NCBI GenBank assembly: GCA_023261845.1
Contig: JALNJZ010000006.1
Location: 1-64,000, forward strand
DNA from: Candidatus Terraquivivens tengchongensis
GTDB lineage: Archaea; Thermoproteota; Nitrososphaeria_A; Caldarchaeales; Wolframiiraptoraceae
DNA length: 64,000 nt
Direction of reading: 5' to 3'
Within the stretch, counting starts at the first letter, position 1, and every line of letters begins with the position of its first letter. Of this stretch, positions 52,801-61,392 are shown one piece after another. The notes under the pieces were generated by a model. That model ran no database searches, had not been told where the DNA came from, and saw nothing but the letters and a program-made list of their open reading frames with translations. A program made the position numbers and the translations under genes.

Positions 52801-53123
52801 ACCAAAACTTCAATTATGAAGATTTCAAACAAAAATTAGACTCACTTTATCAAACCTATGGAACACTAATAAGCTCCATAAAAATCGGGACAAGCGGAAA
52901 CTTCATCAGAGTAACTTTTGACTTCCTAGGTTCAAAACACTCAACCACCACAATTATTAGCGCAGCAAGATTCCTCAGACAAATCTCAAACATGTATAAG
53001 GCCACCCCGCAACTTGAAATCAAGTTCACAAGCCCACTTCCAGAAGAGAAGCTCCAAGAAATACTCGGCTCATTCTTCACTAAAAAAGTGAGAAGAAGCT
53101 GGGATCGACTTCTACCGAGTTAA
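49860..53123 (+). CDS. DUF499/BrxC-like P-loop ATPase
   Basis: Walker A GFGFGKTH, Walker B LLLIDE, YYPLSP; long helical C-terminus and a P/E linker. Confidence 0.8.
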   Translation: MKTIGQIFQLKESLLEIKSELTPSFDEVIRSYLGQHVKTKFKDPAYTTEITYPTPPLQTFIKRILEGLTIPTVQGTYLIRGFGFGKTHAIILLWHMLNSKEGANSQLAKQFGLKENIAQETLALGIDFSKEQPFPHLFNQLEAIAKRQPEQWQIKDPRLSQAIIEVTREISRTKALALPSEELANLIIKILEKYREAKANPRLLLLIDELGIGIISRLTSYIETQNEEKYGEIEYITNFIEQLYTKLSGKGIPAYIIVALAEQDIREIDHIYLQQADKPIIQTKIDGLRKRLNILKERLSRAVGGLGEEAALSYDPEHAINIAKHRVFKKIEEEKDIEKTLIAYLTLQAQQYNLQETFETYKEQIKNYYPLSPSMIWLFRKILNPYDAPGTEYVRTTLNILAEAAENALTYEPHKSLTVSAKHLSIGRAGVIDLMGDFEAEWASTASDIEHAIKSANPEIQKAVDIVAKQILAKGTTANVTALIEVRDIKEIKRYAVSPEEMQIDILTTLPSEEATKTITQLQEAIEYLKTQSARIEEKEHEKQKFYLPSPMRTIYDKLAAFVAEHKRILEEPTQLPGYLQQANLPSLLYSPKAAIPSREKEVTILLKEYNTVTNAEELINSVDVRDAQNEGNLSIIVVPPWDAFLFNELYQRKTDYHTLTNTIAQKLQSINLAGKISHPLHLLVLIPNINQDKLTRLIDDVISYAAVKDFIKHLENKEKILEEKMYDYERTVKKRLTLRLTEFLEEQRKKLEISLKSSIERQVRDARSSAQKELIKLTRKIATSAIELYEDVIYYSLQSQNFTAQSLIKLFGELSGEASKLEQSGKSSLSEYSLIVNMFFRRVTESTGFSWEPDTIAEAIYKHYKAEIESGVIRKQDRINEIVENSLLGTYEVKPLSSKVVQEAIQKLNGKTIEAENKKVTLKVDEKTNRIIFKIEEIKPPEIITEEKPTEIPPEEIPVPTEDRPAIAEKTLGEVIIEVDQNFNYEDFKQKLDSLYQTYGTLISSIKIGTSGNFIRVTFDFLGSKHSTTTIISAARFLRQISNMYKATPQLEIKFTSPLPEEKLQEILGSFFTKKVRRSWDRLLPS

Positions 53124-53135
53124 AAGGGAAGATCC

Positions 53136-54551
53136 TTGACAGAATTAGAAGAAAAAATCCAAAAAACATTCGGAGAAGTAGCCGTCAACAAAGGATTAGC
53201 CCTACGCCACGAAGTTGCAAGACTACCACGCTTCATATCCGAATACCTAATATCCAAATACTGCGCCGCATACCCAGACTGCGAAACAGCCTTCAGCAAA
53301 CTCGCCGAAGTAGTAGCAGAAAACTTCCCAGAACCCAAAGACAAAGACCGAGTATTCTACAAGCTAAAACGTCTAGGCATAGTCCAATTAATGGACGAGT
53401 TCAAAGTAAGCATTGACCTAAAAAGAAACCTATACCTCTTACACATACCATGCCTACAAATTTACGACGCACTGGCTGACGAAGGAATAGTCAGAAAATT
53501 TGAAAGAACACTATCCGGAATGTGGGGCCTAGGAACACTAGAATATCGTCCAGACTTACCCGAAAACATGGACGAAACCCTCTCACCAATCCTGCTAATA
53601 GACATAGAACCCTTCCAAGTCTATAACATTGATGTTAAGGGCTTTATCGAGAACCGCCAAAAATTCACATTGGACGAGTGGATAGATCTAATAATAACAA
53701 CAATTGGGCTAAACCCCAACGCCTATTCTCCCAGACAGAAACTTTTGCAGCTAGCAAGACTAATCCCCCTCATAGAAGCAAACGTCAATCTTATGGAGTT
53801 AGGACCAAGAGCCACAGGAAAAACATATCTTTACAGGAATCTATCCCACTACACTCGCATATACTCTGGAGGTGCAATAAGTCCAGCTCGACTCTTCTTT
53901 GACGCCAGATTACGATTGGTTGGAGATATAGCAACACATGACCTTGTTGCATTTGATGAAGTAAGCAGAATCAGATTCACAAACCCAGATGAAATGGCTG
54001 GAAAACTAAAAGATTTTATGGTTGATGGTTTCTTTGAACGTGGCACCCTAAAAAGAGCCCATAGCGGTTGTTCTATAGTATTTCTCGGAAACATCGAAAA
54101 AGAAGAAGGCATACCAATTAAAGAAATAAGATACGCTCTGCCCGATATTATGCAAGATTCAGCGTTTCTGGACAGAATACACGGTCTCCTACCAGGCTGG
54201 GAAATGCCTAAAATAATGAAAAGTGAAGAACACTTGGCCCAAGGAATAGGGTTAGCGGCAGACTATTTCGCGGAGATAATTCATGAACTGAGAAAAGAAA
54301 GCTTTAGAGATGTAATAAACGCCCATGTAGAGTTTGGAAGCAGCTTCACAATAAGGGATGAAAATGCTGTCCGAAAATTAGCTTCAGGACTAGTTAAACT
54401 ACTATTCCCAAATCGAGAATTCAATAACAATGAACTAAGACAAGTGCTCAATTTAGCAGTAGAAATGAGACAGTACATTGTAGACGAATTAAGTGAGATG
54501 TCACCCGTTGAATTTCCGCGCAAACGTCTAGAGGTAAAAGTGAAAGGATAA
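53136..54551 (+). CDS. BrxL-like AAA+ ATPase lacking the Lon protease domain
   Basis: LPRFISEYL, GMWG, ELGPRATGKT, FDE, AFLDRIHG..PGWE, DYFAE, RDENAV. Ends at 471 aa. Confidence 0.88.
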   Translation: MTELEEKIQKTFGEVAVNKGLALRHEVARLPRFISEYLISKYCAAYPDCETAFSKLAEVVAENFPEPKDKDRVFYKLKRLGIVQLMDEFKVSIDLKRNLYLLHIPCLQIYDALADEGIVRKFERTLSGMWGLGTLEYRPDLPENMDETLSPILLIDIEPFQVYNIDVKGFIENRQKFTLDEWIDLIITTIGLNPNAYSPRQKLLQLARLIPLIEANVNLMELGPRATGKTYLYRNLSHYTRIYSGGAISPARLFFDARLRLVGDIATHDLVAFDEVSRIRFTNPDEMAGKLKDFMVDGFFERGTLKRAHSGCSIVFLGNIEKEEGIPIKEIRYALPDIMQDSAFLDRIHGLLPGWEMPKIMKSEEHLAQGIGLAADYFAEIIHELRKESFRDVINAHVEFGSSFTIRDENAVRKLASGLVKLLFPNREFNNNELRQVLNLAVEMRQYIVDELSEMSPVEFPRKRLEVKVKG

Positions 54552-54553
54552 GA

Positions 54554-55372
54554 ATGATGGTTAATTTTACAAGCGAACTTGAAGCTATAGTTAAAACGGC
54601 ATCAACCCTCAGCAACATGCCCGTAGAAGTATTCCACAGAATAATATTTTGCTCTTTCATAAAAGCTGGTCTATCAATTTACGGAGCCCAAAAAGAACAA
54701 GAAATAGAATTAGAAAACCTAATTAAAACCGTTGCTGCGCCATACCGTGGACTAGTGAATGGAAAATTATATTTGAGCGCCCTCCGCTTTGTAAAAACTT
54801 TTAACACTCTTTTAAAAAACAGCAAACGTGCAACTATACTTAAAGAGGCAGATCTTCAATATATCCTAAAATTTCTTGAAAATAAGATTGGTAAAGTTGA
54901 CACCGTGTTTGTTCTCGACTGCGCATCAATCCCAGAAATCATAGCAATAGCAAGTAAATTTTCTGCTTCAAGGCGTAATACAACATTCTATGAAGAAGTT
55001 TTCATAAATCCCGTTGGCATTACGCGTTTTCTAACCGGGCAGCTTGAATCATTCAATCGCGAAAGCTACCTAGTGCAGTATGCAAAACTGTTAAAGGAAA
55101 GACTAAACGCCAACTTCTTTACAAAAATCTCAAAGGTAGATCTTATAACACATCAGCACGGTTACACGTTAGATGGCTTTCTAAAATCCATCGAAATGCA
55201 GAAATTATTTGACCACATAAGCCATTTCGCAAAACAAAGCTCCGTGCTTATCACGTCAGACCACGGATATGACGTAGTCGCAGATGAGCATGGACTTTAT
55301 ATAACACATGGTTATAAAAAGGAATGCCCACTAAATTTCAGCAGAATAGCCCTATTCCTCGTAATCGACTGA
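54554..55372 (+). CDS. Compact PglZ-like alkaline-phosphatase-superfamily protein
   Basis: VFVLDC, VDLITH, ITSDHGY and THG candidate metal-binding motifs. Confidence 0.7.
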   Translation: MMVNFTSELEAIVKTASTLSNMPVEVFHRIIFCSFIKAGLSIYGAQKEQEIELENLIKTVAAPYRGLVNGKLYLSALRFVKTFNTLLKNSKRATILKEADLQYILKFLENKIGKVDTVFVLDCASIPEIIAIASKFSASRRNTTFYEEVFINPVGITRFLTGQLESFNRESYLVQYAKLLKERLNANFFTKISKVDLITHQHGYTLDGFLKSIEMQKLFDHISHFAKQSSVLITSDHGYDVVADEHGLYITHGYKKECPLNFSRIALFLVID

Positions 55373-55383
55373 GGGGACCAAAA

Positions 55384-55896
55384 ATGGAACACAGCTACTA
55401 CCTAATCTTCAAGACCAAAAAGAAAGGAAGCGAAATATCCTTCAACGTCGGGACCAAAGAAAAAACCACAACATTACTCAAATTCAGGGGACGCCGTACC
55501 GAAGAAATATTTAACAAAATTCTCAAGGCTCTAAGCAAAGTAGGATGCATAACACCCCTTCAAACGGGCAATCCTAGCGTATATTACGTAAGAGATGATG
55601 TAGGTCCAGTTTTAGGCACTTATCTCATTCTTATTCGGCGTGCACAAAAAATCGATTATTGGATAACCTTTTTAGATGAATTACTAACAGGTAAATATGC
55701 GAGACTCGGGGAAACATTCTCAACATTACTTGAGTCATCTATAGAATTGTCAAAAGCAACAATTTCAAAAAGCCAAAGGAAAGAATACACACTTTCACCT
55801 GTTATCGTTTCCTCTTTTTCATCGGCACTTAAAGTACTGGTCAAAAGGTTAAAATCATACGAAACTGAGCCCCCCGCTAAAACGTTTCATCATTAA
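55384..55896 (+). CDS. Accessory protein of the defence operon (possibly DUF3780-like)
   Basis: Last gene of the tightly packed operon. The family guess rests on size and context only. Confidence 0.55.
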   Translation: MEHSYYLIFKTKKKGSEISFNVGTKEKTTTLLKFRGRRTEEIFNKILKALSKVGCITPLQTGNPSVYYVRDDVGPVLGTYLILIRRAQKIDYWITFLDELLTGKYARLGETFSTLLESSIELSKATISKSQRKEYTLSPVIVSSFSSALKVLVKRLKSYETEPPAKTFHH

Positions 55897-56023
55897 ATCT
55901 ATAGCGTGTAGCGACATTAAAGTAAAACAGAAATGTTCTGTTAGTTGCATCTAAGCGAAAGATAGATTCCGCGATGGGTTTAGTTGATTTTAAGGTTCTT
56001 GAGGAGAGGCTACCACTTTTGAC

Positions 56024-57080
56024 TTAAAAGTTGTAGTTTTTCGAGTGTTTTTGCTGGTTTAGGTTTGGAGAGAAGCCTAAATCTTGCTTGAAAATAAACT
56101 TGGATTTTTGGTTGTTTAAAAGAGGTGTTAAAATCCCCAATTTTGGTATACATGCCAAATATGTTTTTCTTAGTTCTTCTTTGTCTATGTGGTGGTATAT
56201 GTCTATGGCTTCCCTGCGCCGGTCGCCTCTAAGCTCCTTCACGTATTCGCGGGGCATGTCGTTCCGTAAAAGCCAGGTTGTGAACCAGTGCCTGAAACAG
56301 TGGGGGCCGAAGTGGTCTTCTAGGCGGGGTGAGTTTGGGTTGTGGAAGCCAAGGCGCTTCGCGTATTTGACTATGGCTGTGTATAGGCCGTTTCTATCCA
56401 GCCTCCCAAGGCTTTGGTAACTTATGAAAAGCGCCTTTGTAGGCGGGTTCAGTTTCTCCCTAACCCTAAGCCACCTTTTAAGCGCGGCTGCGCATTCCTC
56501 ATCAAAGAAAACCGTGCGGTTGCTTCTTTTAGGCGTGGGCTTAAGCGTAATGGAATACTCAGCCCAATTTATGTCCTCAACATCAAGCCTCAAAAGTTCG
56601 CCCCTTCTTATTCCAGTCTTCGCCAGTAGCACTGCTATGGCTTTGTCCCTTGGATCCAAAATGGAGTTTACCAGTCGGCTCATCTCCTCAACGCTTAAAA
56701 GCCTCCGCTCAGGATCGTCATAGCCATCCTTATAGCGCTTAAGATACCGTTTTCTGAAGGGCAGAACAATGTTGCTGGTGATGTAGCCCTCAAAGGCCAA
56801 ATAATCGTAAAAGGCTGAAAGCGCAGAAAAATAATTCTCAACAGTCTTATGCTTTGCGTTCATAAACCACGTGCTGGAGAAAGTCCCTAAGCACCTTAAC
56901 ATCCACGTCACTTATGCTGAAACCTCGGCTTTCAAGAAATTCCATAAATATCTTCAGGCTTGAAACGTATCTTCTTATGCTTTCCTCGGTCATGCCCCTA
57001 AGCCTACAGTCTCGGCTGAAACCCTCAACCAGAACCCATGAGTTTTGAAGCGTTTTCAAGCTTAACCCGTCCACCGCCAA
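56024..57080 (-). pseudogene. XerC/D-like integrase split by a frameshift at ~56850-56860
   Basis: The N-terminal SAM-like part (57080-56847) stops at YERKA*. The catalytic part (KTGIRRGE, HCFRH, RGD, IYHH) continues in another frame. Confidence 0.85.
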
Positions 57081-57634
57081 CCCCTACCCTTATACTCAAC
57101 CAGCCCATAGGCTTCAAGGGCTTGAAGCTGCCTGTCAACAGCCCTAACCAAATCAACATCTGACGGATCGATGTTTAGGGCTGCCAAGATTTCCTTCTGC
57201 GTGTAAGATCCGCCCTTCCTCAACAAATCGATAAGGTCCTTGTCAAACTTTCTAACGCCCTCGAAGGTTTCCTGGAGGAAGGGCTGAGCCCTGTAACGCT
57301 TAAGCTCATTATCCAAGTTCTCCGCCAACCTCTTCAAAAGCCTATTCTCCTCGCGTAGGCTCTTCAACTCCTCCTCGGCGCTGCGTAAACGCTTAACAAG
57401 CTCAGCACGGCTCAAGTAGCCTTCTTCACCCTCCTCACGCCGGATAGAATCCTCAACACGCTCAACAACAAACCTAGAAATCGACACGCCCGCCTTTTCC
57501 GCCCGACGCCGCCAATCCTCAACCATCTCAACAGACGGTAGATAAACATAAACCGCCCGATCCTTAATTGTACACGTCTTACCCCTATTAGGCCTCGTCA
57601 CACCCACCAACAAAAATAACACACTTACGAGCAT
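57062..57634 (-). CDS. Integrase-associated regulator (RHH, coiled coil, wHTH)
   Basis: VYVYLPS...W...A...GVSISRFV RHH pattern; C-terminal LEAYGLVEY..RGWRW. Start uncertain. Confidence 0.75.
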   Translation of the reverse strand: MLVSVLFLLVGVTRPNRGKTCTIKDRAVYVYLPSVEMVEDWRRRAEKAGVSISRFVVERVEDSIRREEGEEGYLSRAELVKRLRSAEEELKSLREENRLLKRLAENLDNELKRYRAQPFLQETFEGVRKFDKDLIDLLRKGGSYTQKEILAALNIDPSDVDLVRAVDRQLQALEAYGLVEYKGRGWRWTG

Positions 57635-57656
57635 TTATAATTTACCAGCAAATTAG

Positions 57657-57758
57657 TGCGGGGGGTGGGATTTGAACCCACGAACCCCTACGGGACAGGG
57701 TCTCCCATCATAAAGGAATCTGAGCCCTGCGCCGTTGACCAGGCTTGGCAACCCCCGC
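57657..57758 (-). tRNA. tRNA-Leu(CAG) with a 17-nt canonical intron (57702-57718)
   Basis: GCGGGGG acceptor stem, CAGGG-CT-CAG anticodon arm, long variable arm, GGTTCAAATCC T-arm. The BHB helix CTCA/TGGG fits a 37/38 intron. Confidence 0.92.
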
Positions 57759-57805
57759 TCCCGATCTATTCTAGCTCATCAAAATTATGAGATCATCCCG
57801 TACTT

Positions 57806-58234
57806 TTACTTTAGCGTTTCTAAGGGAGCGTAGACATCTAGCTCGAATTCCGACAGGTGAGCTTTTCCGGAATCGGTCATGACCATGTGGTAGGTTGACT
57901 TTGGGGGTAGCTTTCTCTTTTTTAGACCGGCTTCCCTCACGATATCCTTAGAAACGGGCAGTCCGAGCTGGCCTGGTTCTACAACTATTAGCGGTGAGTC
58001 GTAGTCGAAGAACGATACGGGAACTCTGCTGTATCCAAGCCCTTTCAGTATGTTGTAGCGGTGGTGTCCGTCCAAGATTACCATGGTTTTGTAATCTACC
58101 GCCAAAGATTTCTTAAGGTACCCATCGCGGAGTATCTCTGCTTTCAGCTCCTCTAAGTGCACTGGGTCTATCTCCTCATGCTCGATAAGCTCGTCTATCC
58201 TTACAACCTTCACCTGCAAGGGCCGCAGCATCAT
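57806..58234 (-). CDS. Stand-alone ParB/Srx N-terminal domain protein
   Basis: L.EHE, ILDGHHRY, LPPKST.H. Confidence 0.8.
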   Translation of the reverse strand: MMLRPLQVKVVRIDELIEHEEIDPVHLEELKAEILRDGYLKKSLAVDYKTMVILDGHHRYNILKGLGYSRVPVSFFDYDSPLIVVEPGQLGLPVSKDIVREAGLKKRKLPPKSTYHMVMTDSGKAHLSEFELDVYAPLETLK

Positions 58235-58373
58235 TATCTACGGGGCAAAACATCACTTCTATTAATCTGTTTTCTCGAAAAATGCATTTAAGACACCTTA
58301 TGCTTAAAAACCCCAACCGACTACCGTTCTCGCAAGCTAATGTAGTCAGTATAGACTGAGAGGTCGTTATGGT

Positions 58374-58916
58374 TTGAAGAGTAGGACAAGGTCTTTAGCC
58401 GTTTCGTCCATTCTGGCATCTCTTTACGCAGTCTTAGTAGTAACACTTGCGCCCTTCAGCTTCTTACCTTTTCAGGTAAGGGTTGCCGACGCTCTTCTTC
58501 CACTTTCTATAGTATTCGGAATTCCAGCAGCCTATGGCCTATCCATAGGCTGTGCGGTCGCCAATTACGCCGGTGGTCTAATGCTTTTTGGTGGCGCATC
58601 CATAATAGACGTGACCGGTGGCGCTATAGCCAACTTTCTCGCATGCTATCTCGCATGGCTCATAGGAAGGCAGGGTGGCGTAAAGAGGAGGTTTGTCGCA
58701 AGCCTCGTCCAGACGGCAGTCATTACATTAATTGTTGGAAGCTATCTCTGGGTTTTAGTCGGCATGCCCGGCACTTATGATATCTTCGGCCTCGAACTGC
58801 CTGGTCTATTTGCCGTTATCGTGGGTGTGGCCATAGGTTCTGTGATAGCTATAAACGTCCTAGGATTCGCGCTGGAGGAGGCTGTTAGAAGGACGCTATA
58901 CGTAACGGATAAGTAA
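58374..58916 (+). CDS. QueT-family transporter
   Basis: ASLYAVL...LAPFSF.PFQVRVADAL, GC..AN. Confidence 0.82.
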   Translation: MKSRTRSLAVSSILASLYAVLVVTLAPFSFLPFQVRVADALLPLSIVFGIPAAYGLSIGCAVANYAGGLMLFGGASIIDVTGGAIANFLACYLAWLIGRQGGVKRRFVASLVQTAVITLIVGSYLWVLVGMPGTYDIFGLELPGLFAVIVGVAIGSVIAINVLGFALEEAVRRTLYVTDK

Positions 58917-58940
58917 GGACGATGCTTTGAGGGTTTTGGT

Positions 58941-59768
58941 ATGAGCGGTAGCGTGACCGTCGCTTTTCAGGGTGAACTTGGTGCTTACAGCCATATAGCC
59001 GCCTTGAAGTTCTTCGGGTCGATAGACGCCTTACCCCAGAAGACGATAGCAGACGTTTTCGAGGTCGTTGAGGCATCCGGTGCTAGATACGGCGTTGTAC
59101 CATTCGAGAATTCGCTGGAGGGTAGTGTGAACGAGACCTACGATATGCTTCTTGAGACCAACCTGCATGTCGTAGGCGAGGTGAAGTTGAGAATAATTCA
59201 CTGCTTGATAGCCAGCCCGGACACCACAACATCCGAAATAAAACGCGTTTACTCACACCCTCAGGCGCTCGCCCAGTGTAGGTCTTACATTAGGGCCATG
59301 GGCTGGGAAACCGTTCCATACTACGATACTGCCGGAAGCGTAAAGATGCTAAAAGAATTGAACATTAAAGACGCTGCGGCAATCGCAAGCGAGCTAGCCG
59401 CCGAGACATATGGGATGAAAGTTCTTCAAAAGGGCATAGAGGACTTTGCTGCGAATTACACGAGGTTCTTAGTGATTGGTAGGGATCGAGTTCCAAGAAC
59501 TGGCAGGGATAAAACTTCGATAATTTTCACGACGAAACACGTACCTGGCGCACTTTACATGGTTCTCGAAGAATTTGCAAAAAGGAACATTAACTTGACC
59601 ATGCTTGTGTCGAGGCCGACGAAGAGGACGCCTTGGGAGTACAATTTCTACGTAGACTTCGAGGGGCACGTTTCGGATGAACCCATAAGGCGCTGTCTGG
59701 AGGCGCTAAAGGATAGGACGGTATTCCTAAAAGTTTTGGGCTCATATCCAGCGGCGACCGATGCATAA
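58941..59768 (+). CDS. pheA: Prephenate dehydratase
   Basis: GAYSH, PFENSLEG, SHPQAL.QC, NYTRF, ACT domain SRP. Confidence 0.93.
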   Translation: MSGSVTVAFQGELGAYSHIAALKFFGSIDALPQKTIADVFEVVEASGARYGVVPFENSLEGSVNETYDMLLETNLHVVGEVKLRIIHCLIASPDTTTSEIKRVYSHPQALAQCRSYIRAMGWETVPYYDTAGSVKMLKELNIKDAAAIASELAAETYGMKVLQKGIEDFAANYTRFLVIGRDRVPRTGRDKTSIIFTTKHVPGALYMVLEEFAKRNINLTMLVSRPTKRTPWEYNFYVDFEGHVSDEPIRRCLEALKDRTVFLKVLGSYPAATDA

Positions 59769-59814
59769 TTGCTCCGTTAATCTTTTTAAGTAAACCCGAA
59801 GGCTTAGGTTGTCG

Positions 59815-60300
59815 ATGGTCAAGGTCGTTGTCCTCTCCGACACGCATACGTCTAGTTTGAATTCATTTCCAAGCAAGGTTTTAGATGAGATTGCCGATGC
59901 AGATTGGGTAGTTCATGCTGGAGACTTCACGGAGGTCAGCCTCGTTAACGAACTAAAAGCCTACGGTAACTTTAAGGGCGTTCGTGGGAATATGGATTCA
60001 CCGTCAGTGAAGGCTTTGCTTCCGGAGATAGAACTACTAGAAGTCGGCGGTTTCATCATAGGCATATGTCACCCTGCCGAGGGTGGGCCACCATTAAGAA
60101 TTGAGGATAGAATAAGGAAAAAGTTCGATAAGGTTGACGTCATAGTCTACGGCCATACCCATAAACCAAAAAATGAGGTCCGGGACAACATCCTGTACCT
60201 CAACCCAGGTAGCGCAACAGGTGCTTGGCCCGCTGCCCGCGCATCCTATGGCGTACTAGAGATTGAGGACACCGTTAGGGCCAGGATAGTCCAACTATAA
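59815..60300 (+). CDS. YfcE/MJ0936-type metallophosphoesterase
   Basis: SDTH, HAGD, GNMD, GHTH, NPGS. Confidence 0.92.
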   Translation: MVKVVVLSDTHTSSLNSFPSKVLDEIADADWVVHAGDFTEVSLVNELKAYGNFKGVRGNMDSPSVKALLPEIELLEVGGFIIGICHPAEGGPPLRIEDRIRKKFDKVDVIVYGHTHKPKNEVRDNILYLNPGSATGAWPAARASYGVLEIEDTVRARIVQL

Positions 60301-60335
60301 ACGCTTTTGAACATCTATAACAACTATATTTTGGA

Positions 60336-60794
60336 ATGGCTGTCTGGTACTTCGCTTACGGTGCCGACCTCAACAAGGATTTGATGAGAAAAAGAGTCGG
60401 TGAGTGGAAGGACTGTAAGAGGGCTACGTTGGAAGGCTATAGGCTAAGCTTCGGTGTCTTCTCAAAAAGCTGGAAAGGTGGTGCAGCTGATATAAGGGAA
60501 GAAAGCGGCTCCAGAGTTTATGGTGCGATTTATCTACTCGACGAGGAACAATTAAGAATGCTGGACAGGTACGAGGGTGTTCCGAACGTTTACCTCAGGA
60601 GGAAGGTTATCGTGAAGACGGATGACGGTGAGGTCGAGGCCGTGACCTACGTCGCCGCCAACCCGAAAGAGTTCGTTAAACCATCGGCAGAATACCTTGC
60701 GGTAATACAAAAGGGTTTAAAACAGCATGGCTACGGCGACGATGTTATAAGAAAGATTAGAAGGCTGGCTGAGGGGCTCGGGCCGAAGGCTTAA
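60336..60794 (+). CDS. Gamma-glutamylcyclotransferase family protein
   Basis: YFAYG, LDRYEG, PS.EY. Confidence 0.88.
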   Translation: MAVWYFAYGADLNKDLMRKRVGEWKDCKRATLEGYRLSFGVFSKSWKGGAADIREESGSRVYGAIYLLDEEQLRMLDRYEGVPNVYLRRKVIVKTDDGEVEAVTYVAANPKEFVKPSAEYLAVIQKGLKQHGYGDDVIRKIRRLAEGLGPKA

Positions 60795-60821
60795 TACAGA
60801 CTCCGTCGTGTTTCGATAACG

Positions 60822-61373
60822 TTGAAGATAGCGCTCGATCTTGATGGCGTCTTAGCGGACAGCATATCCGTGTGGCTGATGATATGGAATGCGTCGAAGG
60901 GTAGCTCGTTTGCGCTCGAGGATGTGAAATGTTGGGATTTTTGGAAGGAGCTTGGAATCACATCGGGCGAGTTTCATAGAATATTCTACAAAGCGTGGAA
61001 AAATTGGAAACTGATACAACCGACGGAACCGAGCCTTGTTTCTAAGGTCATCATGCTGGAAGAGCTAGGCAGGGTTGATATCGTGACCTCAAGACCGAAG
61101 AACACCAGAACGTACGTCTTAAAGTGGTTAGAAAGGTATGGGTTTGGTAACAAGAACATAGTCTTCGTTAAGAGCAATAAATCAGAACTCGACTACGACG
61201 TTTACATAGACGACTCCCCGATAAACGCTGAGGAGATCGCGTCTGCAGGAAAGTACGTAGCATTATACGACAGACCTTGGAATAGAGACGTGAAGGACAC
61301 CGATAGGATAAAGCGCGTCATGAACCTGGAAGGGGCGTACTTATTCATAAAGGGACATATATTAGGACGTTGA
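60822..61373 (+). CDS. 5'(3')-deoxyribonucleotidase-like HAD protein
   Basis: LDLDGVLAD, VTSR, YIDD, RPWN. Confidence 0.85.
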   Translation: MKIALDLDGVLADSISVWLMIWNASKGSSFALEDVKCWDFWKELGITSGEFHRIFYKAWKNWKLIQPTEPSLVSKVIMLEELGRVDIVTSRPKNTRTYVLKWLERYGFGNKNIVFVKSNKSELDYDVYIDDSPINAEEIASAGKYVALYDRPWNRDVKDTDRIKRVMNLEGAYLFIKGHILGR

Positions 61374-61392
61374 GACTCCACGCTAAAAGATT

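Larger units (their letters stand above)
46258..57673. mobile_element. Integrated element (~11.4 kb defence island) at tRNA-Leu(CAG)
   Basis: Bounded by an imperfect direct repeat of the tRNA 3' end. Integrase and regulator at the tRNA-proximal end; distinct base composition. Confidence 0.85.

Noticed and set aside
57806-58234. ParB-domain gene as part of the integrated element
   Set aside because: It lies outside the att-bounded region, on the 5' side of the tRNA, and lacks an HTH or ParA partner.
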